Below, piece after piece: positions 7,119-15,556 of a DNA stretch of 30,253 nt. A program made the position numbers and the translations under genes. The notes under the pieces are model-generated. The model was not told the DNA's origin. It made no database searches and worked only from the letters and a program-made list of their open reading frames with translations. Position 1 is the first letter of the stretch. Each line of letters opens with the position of its first letter. The stretch spans positions 1-30,253 of the IMG/VR virus record IMGVR_UViG_3300043451_000090; one strand, written 5' to 3'. Origin of the DNA: a virus. Lineage: Duplodnaviria > Caudoviricetes.

Positions 7119-7239
7119 CCTGCAAATCTTTTATCACGTTAATGATTGGGTTAAATAGTTCCGCTATGTGCGGATCGTAGGAATGTTCCTTTTGTTGTGC
7201 TAAAGTACACTTTAAGATTTGTTCTAATTTGTTGTTCAT
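7108..7239 (-). CDS. Small hypothetical protein (43 aa)
   Basis: MNNKLEQILKCTLAQQKEH... fills the gap and overlaps the next start. Confidence 0.45.
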   Translation of the reverse strand: MNNKLEQILKCTLAQQKEHSYDPHIAELFNPIINVIKDLQDEK

Positions 7240-7274
7240 AATAGTGGTTTTAAAATTTTAATTGTTTCGTGCAT

Positions 7275-7727
7275 TCAAAACGGAAGGTCTCCCGAATCCA
7301 TTTTAGAGTTTGAGTTCGCGTTATCTTTCGCATCATCGGTTAAACCAATGCCAGTCAAAAGATATTTTTCGAATAGTTGAGCAACCTCAATAACCTTTGC
7401 AGGATTCTCGGAATGGTTCATATCAACGGAAGCCTTTAAAGCCACTGCACGTGCGATTGATTCTTCTTTTTCTTTCGAGTTGTTTGATTGGTATGAATTA
7501 CCTGTTGAACTCGGAGTGAACGCGCGTTGTTCCTGTACCCATTTGATTTTGTGACCTCTACCACTTGGAGTGATTTCGTAGTTCTTGGTATCACCAACCG
7601 CGAAGGGTGGTTGTTGCGATTTAGAAAACACCGTACCGGTATCTCCATTTTCCATAGTGACTTCGAACTTGAACATATCGTTCCAAGTTCCCGCGCCTTG
7701 CACGTTTGTGATTTTTGATGTAGCCAT
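7275..7727 (-). CDS. Putative single-stranded DNA-binding protein
   Basis: Beta-rich N-terminus and acidic tail ending DSGDLPF. Likely start MATSK at 7727, although the frame is open from 7877. Confidence 0.65.
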   Translation of the reverse strand: MATSKITNVQGAGTWNDMFKFEVTMENGDTGTVFSKSQQPPFAVGDTKNYEITPSGRGHKIKWVQEQRAFTPSSTGNSYQSNNSKEKEESIARAVALKASVDMNHSENPAKVIEVAQLFEKYLLTGIGLTDDAKDNANSNSKMDSGDLPF

Positions 7728-7866
7728 CTTGTTATTGATTTTTAATTGATTTTCTTTTTTTTGTTGTTGTTCTAAAAGCCAATCGTCATAGCCTTTAGAA
7801 TTAATGTGTTCATCGCTACCGATTTTAACATCGCGCCAAACACCTTCATCCGTACATACTCGAATT

Positions 7867-8034
7867 CTATCGTACATAAGTTCTTTCAGTTAAAAGGTCT
7901 TCCATTCGTTCCAAAGGGCTACGCGGTACACTATTCGCGATGTGTTGAGCCAGTGCGTTGTAGTCGAGTTGTTCAGTTGGATAACTCGCAGACTGAACGC
8001 AAATGAATTTTCGTGGGTATTTACTTAGCATCAT
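7867..8034 (-). CDS. Small hypothetical protein (55 aa)
   Basis: MMLSKYPRKFICVQSASYPTEQLDYN..., packed in the operon. Confidence 0.5.
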   Translation of the reverse strand: MMLSKYPRKFICVQSASYPTEQLDYNALAQHIANSVPRSPLERMEDLLTERTYVR

Positions 8035-8152
8035 TTATTTGTTTTAAAGTGTCTTGTTTATCTTGCTCGTTCCAAATTATTCCGCTCGGAACGTATTGCT
8101 CAACTGCCAATCGAATGAGTGACAATTGAAGGGCGTTTACTTCGATTTTCAT
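8021..8152 (-). CDS. Small hypothetical protein (43 aa)
   Basis: MKIEVNALQLSLIRLAVEQY..., starts immediately after the upstream stop. Confidence 0.5.
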   Translation of the reverse strand: MKIEVNALQLSLIRLAVEQYVPSGIIWNEQDKQDTLKQINDAK

Positions 8153-8359
8153 TTAGTTGATTTGAAAGATAAAGATTTCAGTTCTTGCAGGTGAGTATTC
8201 GATATCATCGTGAGCAAATGCCCAACCATCTGCATCATAACCATAAACGAGATTCATCTCATTTGCTTTTTCAATTACGTACTGGTTAGCGCGTGATAAA
8301 GAATCATAATTGCGAACCTCTGCATTGATGCCTTCTTTGATGTGTACTTGATAATTCAT
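8153..8359 (-). CDS. Early hypothetical protein
   Basis: 68 aa with an A-rich leader. Confidence 0.65.
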   Translation of the reverse strand: MNYQVHIKEGINAEVRNYDSLSRANQYVIEKANEMNLVYGYDADGWAFAHDDIEYSPARTEIFIFQIN

Positions 8360-8392
8360 TGCTTTATTTGTTTTAAGTTTTTGCTAATTTAA

Positions 8393-8656
8393 TTAATAAC
8401 CGAAATCTACAACGTGTTTGAATACGATTGATGTCATAATTCCACCAACCTTCATAAAAGAAATCTGTTCAGCCATCATTTTGTTTGCGAACCAGTCTTT
8501 AACTACAACTGATGTTTCAGTCATTGCTTCAACAACTGACTTGGGCATCCATTGCTCTTTAGTGAATTGCTTGTTACTGCGTGGGTGCTCTAAAGTGATT
8601 TCTACGCAAATTGCTTTTTCACTTTCTTTGATTACTGAGTTGATTGACATTTTCAT
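8393..8656 (-). CDS. First early gene, hypothetical
   Basis: KESEKAI...WMPKSVV pattern, directly after a consensus promoter. Confidence 0.7.
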   Translation of the reverse strand: MKMSINSVIKESEKAICVEITLEHPRSNKQFTKEQWMPKSVVEAMTETSVVVKDWFANKMMAEQISFMKVGGIMTSIVFKHVVDFGY

Positions 8657-8681
8657 TTGTTCTTTGTTTTTGTTTGTTGAG

Positions 8682-8714
8682 CAAATCTATGTGAATTTCT
8701 TTCTTCATTCCAAA
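8682..8714 (-). promoter_or_regulatory. Bacteroidota early promoter for the leftward operon
   Basis: On the minus strand: TTTG, 21 nt spacer, TAGATTTG, just upstream of the 8656 ATG. Confidence 0.75.
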
Positions 8715-8813
8715 TAAATTTTAAAGAAAAATAAAACTTTTTTCATTTTTGTTGATTTTACAAGGGTTTTAGAAGGTCATTAAATAGTAATTTAGACGCA
8801 TTATAAATAGTAG

Positions 8814-9209
8814 ATGAAGCAAAAGATAGTAAATAGCCTAAAACCAAGAGCGAAAAAACCATATTCGGGTGAGGCTGGAGTTCAAATAGCCGTTATTCAG
8901 TACCTTAAATTGGCTTATCCAAGTGCTATTTATTGTGCGAGTGCAGGTGGAATGTTTACGAGTATGAAACAAGCCATAAAAATGAAGGCTACTGGATACG
9001 TAAAAGGTTTTCCTGATTTGCAAATCTGCGAACCAAACGAAAAATATCACGGGTTATTTATTGAATTGAAAACTGAAAAGGGTGTTGTAAGTAAAGATCA
9101 GAAGGAATGGATCAAACAACTAAACAAACGGGGCTATTATGCGTCTATATGTAAAGGATTTGCAGAGGCACAAGTTGTAATAGATGACTATTTCAGAGGA
9201 ACAATATAA
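8814..9209 (+). CDS. VRR-NUC domain nuclease / Holliday junction resolvase-like
   Basis: E..VQ, GYVKGFPDL, LFIELK and SKDQKEW form the PD-(D/E)xK pattern. Confidence 0.88.
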   Translation: MKQKIVNSLKPRAKKPYSGEAGVQIAVIQYLKLAYPSAIYCASAGGMFTSMKQAIKMKATGYVKGFPDLQICEPNEKYHGLFIELKTEKGVVSKDQKEWIKQLNKRGYYASICKGFAEAQVVIDDYFRGTI

Positions 9210-9678
9210 CAAGTACCGCATTTTTGCGAGGAATATCACCGCATCACAATTCGAAGGTGATGAGTTGTTACATAGTACACTATTGAATATACTTGAAACT
9301 GATACATCGAAAATAAACGACATTGATTCCTACGTTATTTGTTCGCTTAAATGGGAATACATAAGACCACGTACGCGTTATAAGAAACTAATTGGTGACT
9401 TTCAAGCGAATTGGACAGACCTTGAGCCACATCAATTCGAAGTTGAATTAAATAACAACCGCGAAACGTGGATAGGTTCACGACTAACCAATGAGCAACT
9501 TGACATCCTAATGAGTAGGCTTCCATTCTTTGAACGTGAGGTCTTCAATCTATACGTAATGAATGGGTTTTCTTACCGCGAATTATCAAACGAGACAGGA
9601 ATACCAGTATCTTATTTATACGACACTGTAAAACGTGCCAAAGAAGAAATAAAAAAATGCATCAAATATGACGAATAA
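9184..9678 (+). CDS. ECF-type sigma-70-like factor
   Basis: C-terminal region-4 HTH LPFFEREVFNLYVMNGFSYRELSNETGIP and a DELLH region-2-like motif. Confidence 0.78.
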   Translation: MTISEEQYNKYRIFARNITASQFEGDELLHSTLLNILETDTSKINDIDSYVICSLKWEYIRPRTRYKKLIGDFQANWTDLEPHQFEVELNNNRETWIGSRLTNEQLDILMSRLPFFEREVFNLYVMNGFSYRELSNETGIPVSYLYDTVKRAKEEIKKCIKYDE

Positions 9679-10171
9679 AGATATGTTTGAATATCGGATG
9701 GGTATTTGCAAAGCCTGTCCGATTTTTAATCACACAACCCGAACGTGTGGTACTGCGTTATCCAAATTAAATCCATTTAACGAATGGCAGGAGATGAACG
9801 GAGTTAAGTTTAAACCTTGTGGTTGCTTTATGGATGTTAAAGCTCGTATGGCATTACAAGAATGTCCCGCGAAACTTTGGACTGCACAAACGGATAACGA
9901 CACTATCGAAGAGGCAAAGGAACTAATCGCAACTATTAAGAAATCGGGAATAGTTACAGGCGAACAACGATCCGTACTAGGTAAATTAAAAGCCATTATC
10001 AATGGAGATACCAAGCCGATTAAGTTGCGCCATTGTATTGGTTGCGTGACCAAGATAGTTGACGAATTAACGCACCAACTGAAGCGCGAGGATTCCGAGT
10101 TGTTATTAGATACAAATGAAGTTGAACAACCACAACCAAAGAAACGTGGACGAAAATCAAGAAAGCAATGA
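9668..10171 (+). CDS. Cys-rich, probably zinc-binding protein
   Basis: RMGICKACP...CGCFMDVK...CPAKLW plus CIGC, and a basic tail. Confidence 0.7.
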   Translation: MTNKDMFEYRMGICKACPIFNHTTRTCGTALSKLNPFNEWQEMNGVKFKPCGCFMDVKARMALQECPAKLWTAQTDNDTIEEAKELIATIKKSGIVTGEQRSVLGKLKAIINGDTKPIKLRHCIGCVTKIVDELTHQLKREDSELLLDTNEVEQPQPKKRGRKSRKQ

Positions 10172-10350
10172 ACATGCTACATTTATTTTTTATGTCATAT
10201 TTGACGATCGCCTTGTTACATATTGGCTTGTTCCTAACACTGATGCGATTTCACTCCATTCGTTTCACAACTGAGAATATAGTAGGTATGCTATTCACTT
10301 CTATAACCTTTCCGCTATGGTGGTTTGGGTTGTTGAAGAATCGTGAATAA
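10168..10350 (+). CDS. Small membrane protein
   Basis: Two hydrophobic segments, ATGA-coupled. Confidence 0.55.
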   Translation: MNMLHLFFMSYLTIALLHIGLFLTLMRFHSIRFTTENIVGMLFTSITFPLWWFGLLKNRE

Positions 10351-10726
10351 GTATTAAGGCAACCGATTGTATTTTAGTGCATCTTTGTTTCGTGGACATT
10401 AGCATTAAATATTTTTGTATTTCATACAGATTCCGTTGGGGACAGTCCACATCCCCTTCGGAATTTTGTTTTTATATTGAATGAGTTATTTAAAATTACT
10501 TCCTTTTGGCATAGGGGAATGCAACCGCTACACTTGCGATACTTCAACGCTTGGATCGTGTAAAATTTTAAATGATTCTTTTTTCGGGGGGACTTTTTTC
10601 TTTTCTTTCTTTTTGTCCTTTTTCTTTCTTTTCTTTTTGAGTTATAGTTTATATCTTATATTTAAGATAGGTTATAAAAGAAATCAAATTCAGGTTAAAT
10701 ATGATAATTATATTTTTAATGATTAT

Positions 10727-10906
10727 ATGAAAAATGAAATAGAAGATAAATTTGAAGGTTCAATTCTTGAAACTGAAATTAGAAATTCAACTGGTGATAG
10801 ATTAAAGAAATTTCACCAAATGATTATCATTGCTTATTTAGGTAATGAAGATTCGCAATTTTGGCAAGATGCAATTCAATACATAGAAAGAAAAGTAAAT
10901 AAATAA
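10727..10906 (+). CDS. Small hypothetical protein
   Basis: MKNEIEDKFEG... is the more plausible start, since the 10481 extension runs through a pyrimidine tract. Confidence 0.45.
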   Translation: MKNEIEDKFEGSILETEIRNSTGDRLKKFHQMIIIAYLGNEDSQFWQDAIQYIERKVNK

Positions 10907-10909
10907 AAT

Positions 10910-11068
10910 ATGATTAATTTATTTAAAATAAATATTCTTCACCAAGAAGAAGGAATAGTGACATTGCAAATTATATATAATGACAAATTTACTGATTGTA
11001 TCACGTTGCCAATCAATGAACTTTATATAATTTTAGATAAATGGTATTCTGAAAATGGACCTCAATAA
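10910..11068 (+). CDS. Small hypothetical protein (52 aa)
   Basis: MINLFKINILHQEEGIVTLQ... starts 3 nt after the previous stop. Confidence 0.4.
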   Translation: MINLFKINILHQEEGIVTLQIIYNDKFTDCITLPINELYIILDKWYSENGPQ

Positions 11069-11073
11069 TTATT

Positions 11074-11129
11074 TAAGTACACTACCTATTTAAATAAGTG
11101 CATCACCTTTTAAATTAAGTACATAACCT
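11074..11129 (+). repeat. Three 14-bp direct repeats with 21-bp period
   Basis: TAAGTACACTACCT (11074), TAAGTGCATCACCT (11095), TAAGTACATAACCT (11116). Confidence 0.75.
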
Positions 11130-11486
11130 ATGATTATACTACCCGCACAAATTGAAAGTATCAAATCCCGAAAGGATAGAACAACCGCTATTGTAATAGG
11201 CACAAATGAATTAACACCCGACCAAGCAGGGCAAATATTCAGTTTACAAAACTCATTCGTTTATTGCGCCCTAAAAGAGGAGGAGTTCGCGTCTAAAGAG
11301 AAGGAGATAATAGATGAACTTAAAGCGGACTTTGAGATAGAAAAGAAAAGCAATGGTCAAAGGTTACGCAATGTGTTGTATAAGTTATGGGAACAGGACA
11401 AAGAAGGGTTCTTGACCTTTGCCAAGTTCTACGACCATAAGATGGAGCAGGTGATTAATCACTTTAAAAGTAAGATGGATTTGTAA
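11130..11486 (+). CDS. Conserved-looking phage hypothetical protein
   Basis: SRKDRT...TNEL and KSNGQRLRNVLYKLWEQ...FYDHKME pattern. Confidence 0.75.
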   Translation: MIILPAQIESIKSRKDRTTAIVIGTNELTPDQAGQIFSLQNSFVYCALKEEEFASKEKEIIDELKADFEIEKKSNGQRLRNVLYKLWEQDKEGFLTFAKFYDHKMEQVINHFKSKMDL

Positions 11487-11503
11487 ACATCAAAATTTAA
11501 CAA

Positions 11504-12169
11504 ATGAACATAACGGACAAAATAACAATTACGAACGAGGACAATATGGCTTTGATGTCACGTTATCCTGATAATTACTTTGATTTGGCTATTGTTGATC
11601 CGCCTTATGGTATTGGTGAGGATGGAGCTAAAAATCATTCAAGAGGTAAAGCAACTAAACCAACAATGTACACTGCAAAGAGTTGGGATAGTTCAGCACC
11701 TGATAAAAACTATTTTAATGAACTTATTCGAGTATCAAAAAATGTAATTATTTGGGGAGCAAATCATTTTATTGAAAATATACCAAACGCAAATAGTTCA
11801 AGTTGGATTGTTTGGGACAAACAAAATGGAGATAATGATTTTGCAGATTGTGAACTTGCTTGGACTAATCACAAAACTGCGGTTAGAAAATTTGAGTTTA
11901 GATGGGCAGGAATGTTGCAAGGTGATATGAAAAATAAAGAAATTCGTATTCATCCAACTCAAAAACCAGTGGCACTTTACAAATGGATTTTAGATAAGTA
12001 CGCTAAACAAGGCGACAAAATACTCGATACACATTTAGGTAGTGGAAGCATTGCAATTGCTTGCCACGATTACGACTTTGAGTTAACCGCTTGTGAATTA
12101 GATAAGGAGTATTACGATAAAGCAATACAACGTATAAAGAACCACACAGCACAAGTAAAAATGTTTTAA
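11504..12169 (+). CDS. DNA N6-adenine/N4-cytosine methyltransferase (beta class)
   Basis: DPPY catalytic motif precedes HPTQKP and the SAM-binding LDTHLGSGS. Confidence 0.93.
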   Translation: MNITDKITITNEDNMALMSRYPDNYFDLAIVDPPYGIGEDGAKNHSRGKATKPTMYTAKSWDSSAPDKNYFNELIRVSKNVIIWGANHFIENIPNANSSSWIVWDKQNGDNDFADCELAWTNHKTAVRKFEFRWAGMLQGDMKNKEIRIHPTQKPVALYKWILDKYAKQGDKILDTHLGSGSIAIACHDYDFELTACELDKEYYDKAIQRIKNHTAQVKMF

Positions 12170-12171
12170 TT

Positions 12172-12462
12172 ATGGGATTACCTAAAGGACAAACGAACAA
12201 TGCCAACGGTCGACCTGTTGGTTCAAAGAACAAACGAACCGAGCAATGGGAGGCGCTTGGCGAATCCATTACAGGACACCAAGCGGAGAAGTTCAATGAG
12301 TTCCTTGATAAGTTGTGGAGCAGTCGCAATGATGAAGACAAAATGATTGCAAGTGAGTTGTACTTAAAAACACTTGAATACTTCAAACCTAAACAGGCAA
12401 GACAAACGATAGTGGGAGAAGGTGATGCGCCAATTCAAATTGTAATATCGGACAAACTATGA
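12172..12462 (+). CDS. terS: Putative terminase small subunit
   Basis: N-terminal KGQTNNANGRPVGSKNK motif, helical core and GDAPIQIV tail. Confidence 0.65.
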   Translation: MGLPKGQTNNANGRPVGSKNKRTEQWEALGESITGHQAEKFNEFLDKLWSSRNDEDKMIASELYLKTLEYFKPKQARQTIVGEGDAPIQIVISDKL

Positions 12463-12686
12463 CACCAAAAGAAAAAGCGGAAGAGTTAGTAGGTAAGTTC
12501 AAAATACCTTTGATTTTATCTGATACGGATGCAGGTGAAGAAATCATTTGTACAACCATATCAAAAAAATGCGCATTGATTGCGTTTGATGAGATATTTT
12601 TTGCATTAAAATATAACCTTGATGGTGCTACAAGTGGTAGCGTTAAATATTGGAATCAAGTAAAAATAGAAATAGAAAAATTATGA
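12459..12686 (+). CDS. Hypothetical phage protein
   Basis: MTPKEKAEELV...CALIA.DEI...YWNQVKIEIEKL, a pattern common in Bacteroidota phages. Confidence 0.7.
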   Translation: MTPKEKAEELVGKFKIPLILSDTDAGEEIICTTISKKCALIAFDEIFFALKYNLDGATSGSVKYWNQVKIEIEKL

Positions 12687-12847
12687 ATAAGAAAACAACC
12701 AAAAGAACTGTTGTCATTTACAACACTGGAACGACAACGGAAGAAGAAGCAAAACATACTTTAGAGATGCTTAATTGTGACGATTCAATGCTATGGGATA
12801 ACGCAGATCATTGTGAAATTCAAGTATTTGAAGTACCTATAAATTAA
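12683..12847 (+). CDS. Small hypothetical protein
   Basis: ATGA-coupled start at 12683. Confidence 0.5.
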   Translation: MNKKTTKRTVVIYNTGTTTEEEAKHTLEMLNCDDSMLWDNADHCEIQVFEVPIN

Positions 12848-12851
12848 AACT

Positions 12852-13025
12852 ATGAACGAAGCACGTAATGAGAATATGCACCACACGTATAGGTTGTGCG
12901 TAATGTTTGGGATGTGGTTACAACAACCAACCCAACGTAAACGATTAAATAACACCGAAATGACCACTCTTTTCCAGGAGTGGATTGATCTATTAAGTCA
13001 GCAGTTAGACAATGGCGAAGATTAA
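12852..13025 (+). CDS. Small hypothetical protein (57 aa)
   Basis: MNEARNENMHHTYRLCVMFGMW..., fills the gap before 13012. Confidence 0.5.
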   Translation: MNEARNENMHHTYRLCVMFGMWLQQPTQRKRLNNTEMTTLFQEWIDLLSQQLDNGED

Positions 13026-13593
13026 ACTTGAAAAGGACTATTCAAAGGTCACGGTCAAACAATACGTTGACTTTATTACCAACGAAGGTAACGACATTGG
13101 GCAGGTATCTGCTATCTTAAGAATCAACAAAGACGATGCGCGTAATTTGTCATCCGCAACCATTGGAGAGGTTATAGCCTTTTTTAAGGAAACCATCGAC
13201 GAACCGAAAGCGGAACATCAGCACAAATGGAAGGGCTACGGATTTGTACCCGACATCAACAAGATTAGTTTCGGTGAATGGTTAGATTTAGAAAGTAATT
13301 GTAAGGAGTTCCCCAAACATTTAACAAAATTACTCGCAATCCTCTATAGACCAATTAGTTCCGAGATTGGCACGAAGTACAAAATTGAGCCTTACACTGC
13401 AGAACATTTAACCAATGCTAAAGTGTTTGATGATATGCCTTTATCAGTCGCAAATGGTGCGATGGTTTTTTTTTCGAATATCGAAAGCGAATTGTTGAAT
13501 CGTTCCCTCGCGTTTTTAGATTCAACGATGATGATGGAGATGGAGAAGGCGATAGCGATGATGAAGGAAGCGGTGGCGCAACAAACGACTTAA
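13012..13593 (+). CDS. Putative tail assembly chaperone (gpG-like), zero-frame product
   Basis: YGFVPD...ISFGEWLDL...LAILYRP pattern. Contains a T9 slippery tract at 13466-13474. Confidence 0.65.
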   Translation: MAKIKLEKDYSKVTVKQYVDFITNEGNDIGQVSAILRINKDDARNLSSATIGEVIAFFKETIDEPKAEHQHKWKGYGFVPDINKISFGEWLDLESNCKEFPKHLTKLLAILYRPISSEIGTKYKIEPYTAEHLTNAKVFDDMPLSVANGAMVFFSNIESELLNRSLAFLDSTMMMEMEKAIAMMKEAVAQQTT

Positions 13594-13751
13594 GCGAAAG
13601 ATACGGATGGTTTCACGTTATCGAAGAATTAGCGGATCGTGATGTTACCAAGTTCGACATTATCACCGAAACCCAGGCTTCAACCATCTTTGCGCATCTA
13701 TCTTATCGAATAGATTACTTTTCTTTCCAAAAACAACTCCTAAAAAAGTGA
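13467..13751 (+). CDS. -1 frameshift extension of the 13012 gene (gpGT-like)
   Basis: The -1 frame is open from 13434 to 13751 with no ATG: FFEYRKRIVESFPRVF...RYGWFHVIEELADRDVTKFD...QLLKK*. Confidence 0.7.
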   Translation, partial: FFFEYRKRIVESFPRVFRFNDDDGDGEGDSDDEGSGGATNDLSERYGWFHVIEELADRDVTKFDIITETQASTIFAHLSYRIDYFSFQKQLLKK

Positions 13752-13770
13752 CGTTTTGCGTCTTTAAGAT

Positions 13771-14244
13771 ATGGCAACAGCATCTTCACTCTATACCTAT
13801 AATGTCGTGGTAAGCAAATTTCAGCAATTTGCAGAACAACACGCGTTAATAAGAAGGTTCACACACGGACAAATAGCACAGGCGGACTTGGAGAAAGAGA
13901 CCGAGTATCCGTGGATGCACGTAACCCCAACGGGAATAAGTTTCGATAAAGGACAACTTTCGTACACATTCGATGTGTTCTTTGCTGACTTACCACGTGA
14001 TAAAGACGAAAAGACCGAGTACCAAAAACAAGCAATTAGTGATTGCATCTTGTTGGCTTCCGACTTCGTTAATATGTTGGAGTTAGGTCACCTATTCGAT
14101 GAATCGGTAGTGTTGACTACACCAATAAGCGGTTCGCCTTTCGTTGAGGAATTTAGCCACGTTTTAACAGGTGTTCAGTTATCCATTGAATTGGCGGTTG
14201 ACTATTTGTGGGATGCGTGTGATATACCATACATCGGAGACTAA
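13771..14244 (+). CDS. Putative tail completion/terminator protein
   Basis: 157 aa with a YPWMHV motif, at the start of the structural block. Confidence 0.55.
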   Translation: MATASSLYTYNVVVSKFQQFAEQHALIRRFTHGQIAQADLEKETEYPWMHVTPTGISFDKGQLSYTFDVFFADLPRDKDEKTEYQKQAISDCILLASDFVNMLELGHLFDESVVLTTPISGSPFVEEFSHVLTGVQLSIELAVDYLWDACDIPYIGD

Positions 14245-15359
14245 TGGCAAAAAAAGTACAATATACAACTAACCAACCAAGTGCATCAACTGATTACTTG
14301 GCAGCAGATAACACTTGGAAGGCTATGACAGGTGGTGGTGGGGGTGTTCCCACTACGCGAACTTTAACTATTAACGGAATTGCTCAAGACCTTTCAGCTG
14401 ATAGGACATGGAATGTGGGAGATATGCTTAAATCGGTTTACGATACGGATGTTGATGGTGTTGTAGATAGCGCAGAACGTATTGAGATTGTTGTCAGGAA
14501 CTCCACAGGTTCAACAATTACGAAAGGTCAAATTGTTTATTTAAGCGGTGCTACTGGCAACCGACCAAATGCACTACTTGCCCAAGCAAATAGCGAAGCG
14601 ACATCATCCAAAACTATCGGAATGGTAGTTGCTGATATTGCTAATAATAGTGATGGATCAATAGCGGTTAATGGAACACTTCACAACATAGATACAAGCG
14701 CATTTACTGCGGGTGATTCGTTGTGGTTAAGTGCAACAACTGCGGGAGGTGTTGTAGCAAATACACCACCTGCAGAACCTAATCACGCGGTGTTCATTGG
14801 TTATGTAGCAAGAGTTCATCCAACGCAAGGGCGCGTTGTTTTAAATGTCCAAAATGGATATGAATTAGACGAGTTGCACGGTGTACAAATTACATCCGTT
14901 GCTAATGGTGATGTGTTGACTTATAACTCAACAAGTGGATTATGGGTTAATACTGCACCAAGTACATCTGTATCGCGTTCGTTTATGGGTGTGAATCAAA
15001 ACGGAACTATTGCGTTAAGCGGTACAACTTATGGTTCGTTCATTTATAGTGGATTTAACGCGTCCGAAAGTGCGCGTATTTTTGTTGTGCCTTACGCGTG
15101 TACAATGAAAAACTTTTATGTGCGTATATTCTCGGCTCAAAGTGCTACAGGTAGTTTGGTTTTTACGTTGAGAAACAATGCAGTAGATACATCGGTAGTA
15201 ACAACGATTGCAGCAGGTAGTGCAGCAGGAACGGAAGCGAATAGCGGTGCAAATTCTGCATCATTTGTAGCAGGTGACAACTGCGCTATTAAGGTGGTAA
15301 ATAATGCAACGGTGTTAAGTGCAACGGTCAATAACACTTCAATAATGATTGAAATATGA
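14244..15359 (+). CDS. Tail fibre-like structural protein
   Basis: G/T/S/A-rich. Contains fibre modules TRTLTING..DLSADR, GDMLKSVYD and ELDELHGV...NGDVLTYN...WVN. Confidence 0.7.
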   Translation: MAKKVQYTTNQPSASTDYLAADNTWKAMTGGGGGVPTTRTLTINGIAQDLSADRTWNVGDMLKSVYDTDVDGVVDSAERIEIVVRNSTGSTITKGQIVYLSGATGNRPNALLAQANSEATSSKTIGMVVADIANNSDGSIAVNGTLHNIDTSAFTAGDSLWLSATTAGGVVANTPPAEPNHAVFIGYVARVHPTQGRVVLNVQNGYELDELHGVQITSVANGDVLTYNSTSGLWVNTAPSTSVSRSFMGVNQNGTIALSGTTYGSFIYSGFNASESARIFVVPYACTMKNFYVRIFSAQSATGSLVFTLRNNAVDTSVVTTIAAGSAAGTEANSGANSASFVAGDNCAIKVVNNATVLSATVNNTSIMIEI

Positions 15360-15556
15360 GATATCAAATAATTGAAAAGGAAAACTTAACTATCATCCAC
15401 GTTTTAGAACAAAACATCTTCTTCGGTTATGATGATTCGGAAGATTACTTGGTATTTCGCGAAGGATTAGAAGTGAAAGGAATAGATGCCTTTGTTGACT
15501 TGTTAATAGAGGATAGTAACACTGCATTTACCAAATTCACCGCGTTCAATGGCTAA
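15356..15556 (+). CDS. Small protein after the fibre gene (possible chaperone)
   Basis: Coupled 66 aa ORF. Confidence 0.5.
   Translation: MRYQIIEKENLTIIHVLEQNIFFGYDDSEDYLVFREGLEVKGIDAFVDLLIEDSNTAFTKFTAFNG

Noticed and set aside
7728-7877. In-frame 50-aa extension of the SSB-like gene
   Set aside because: An A-rich leader directly precedes MATSK. A real fusion cannot be distinguished from an internal start without homologues.
10481-10726. N-terminal extension of ORF 10481-10906
   Set aside because: The Phe-rich stretch is a translation of a pyrimidine tract. The ATG at 10727 is more plausible.
11074-11129. Mini CRISPR array
   Set aside because: The repeats (14 bp) and spacers (7 bp) are far too short, and no cas genes are present.
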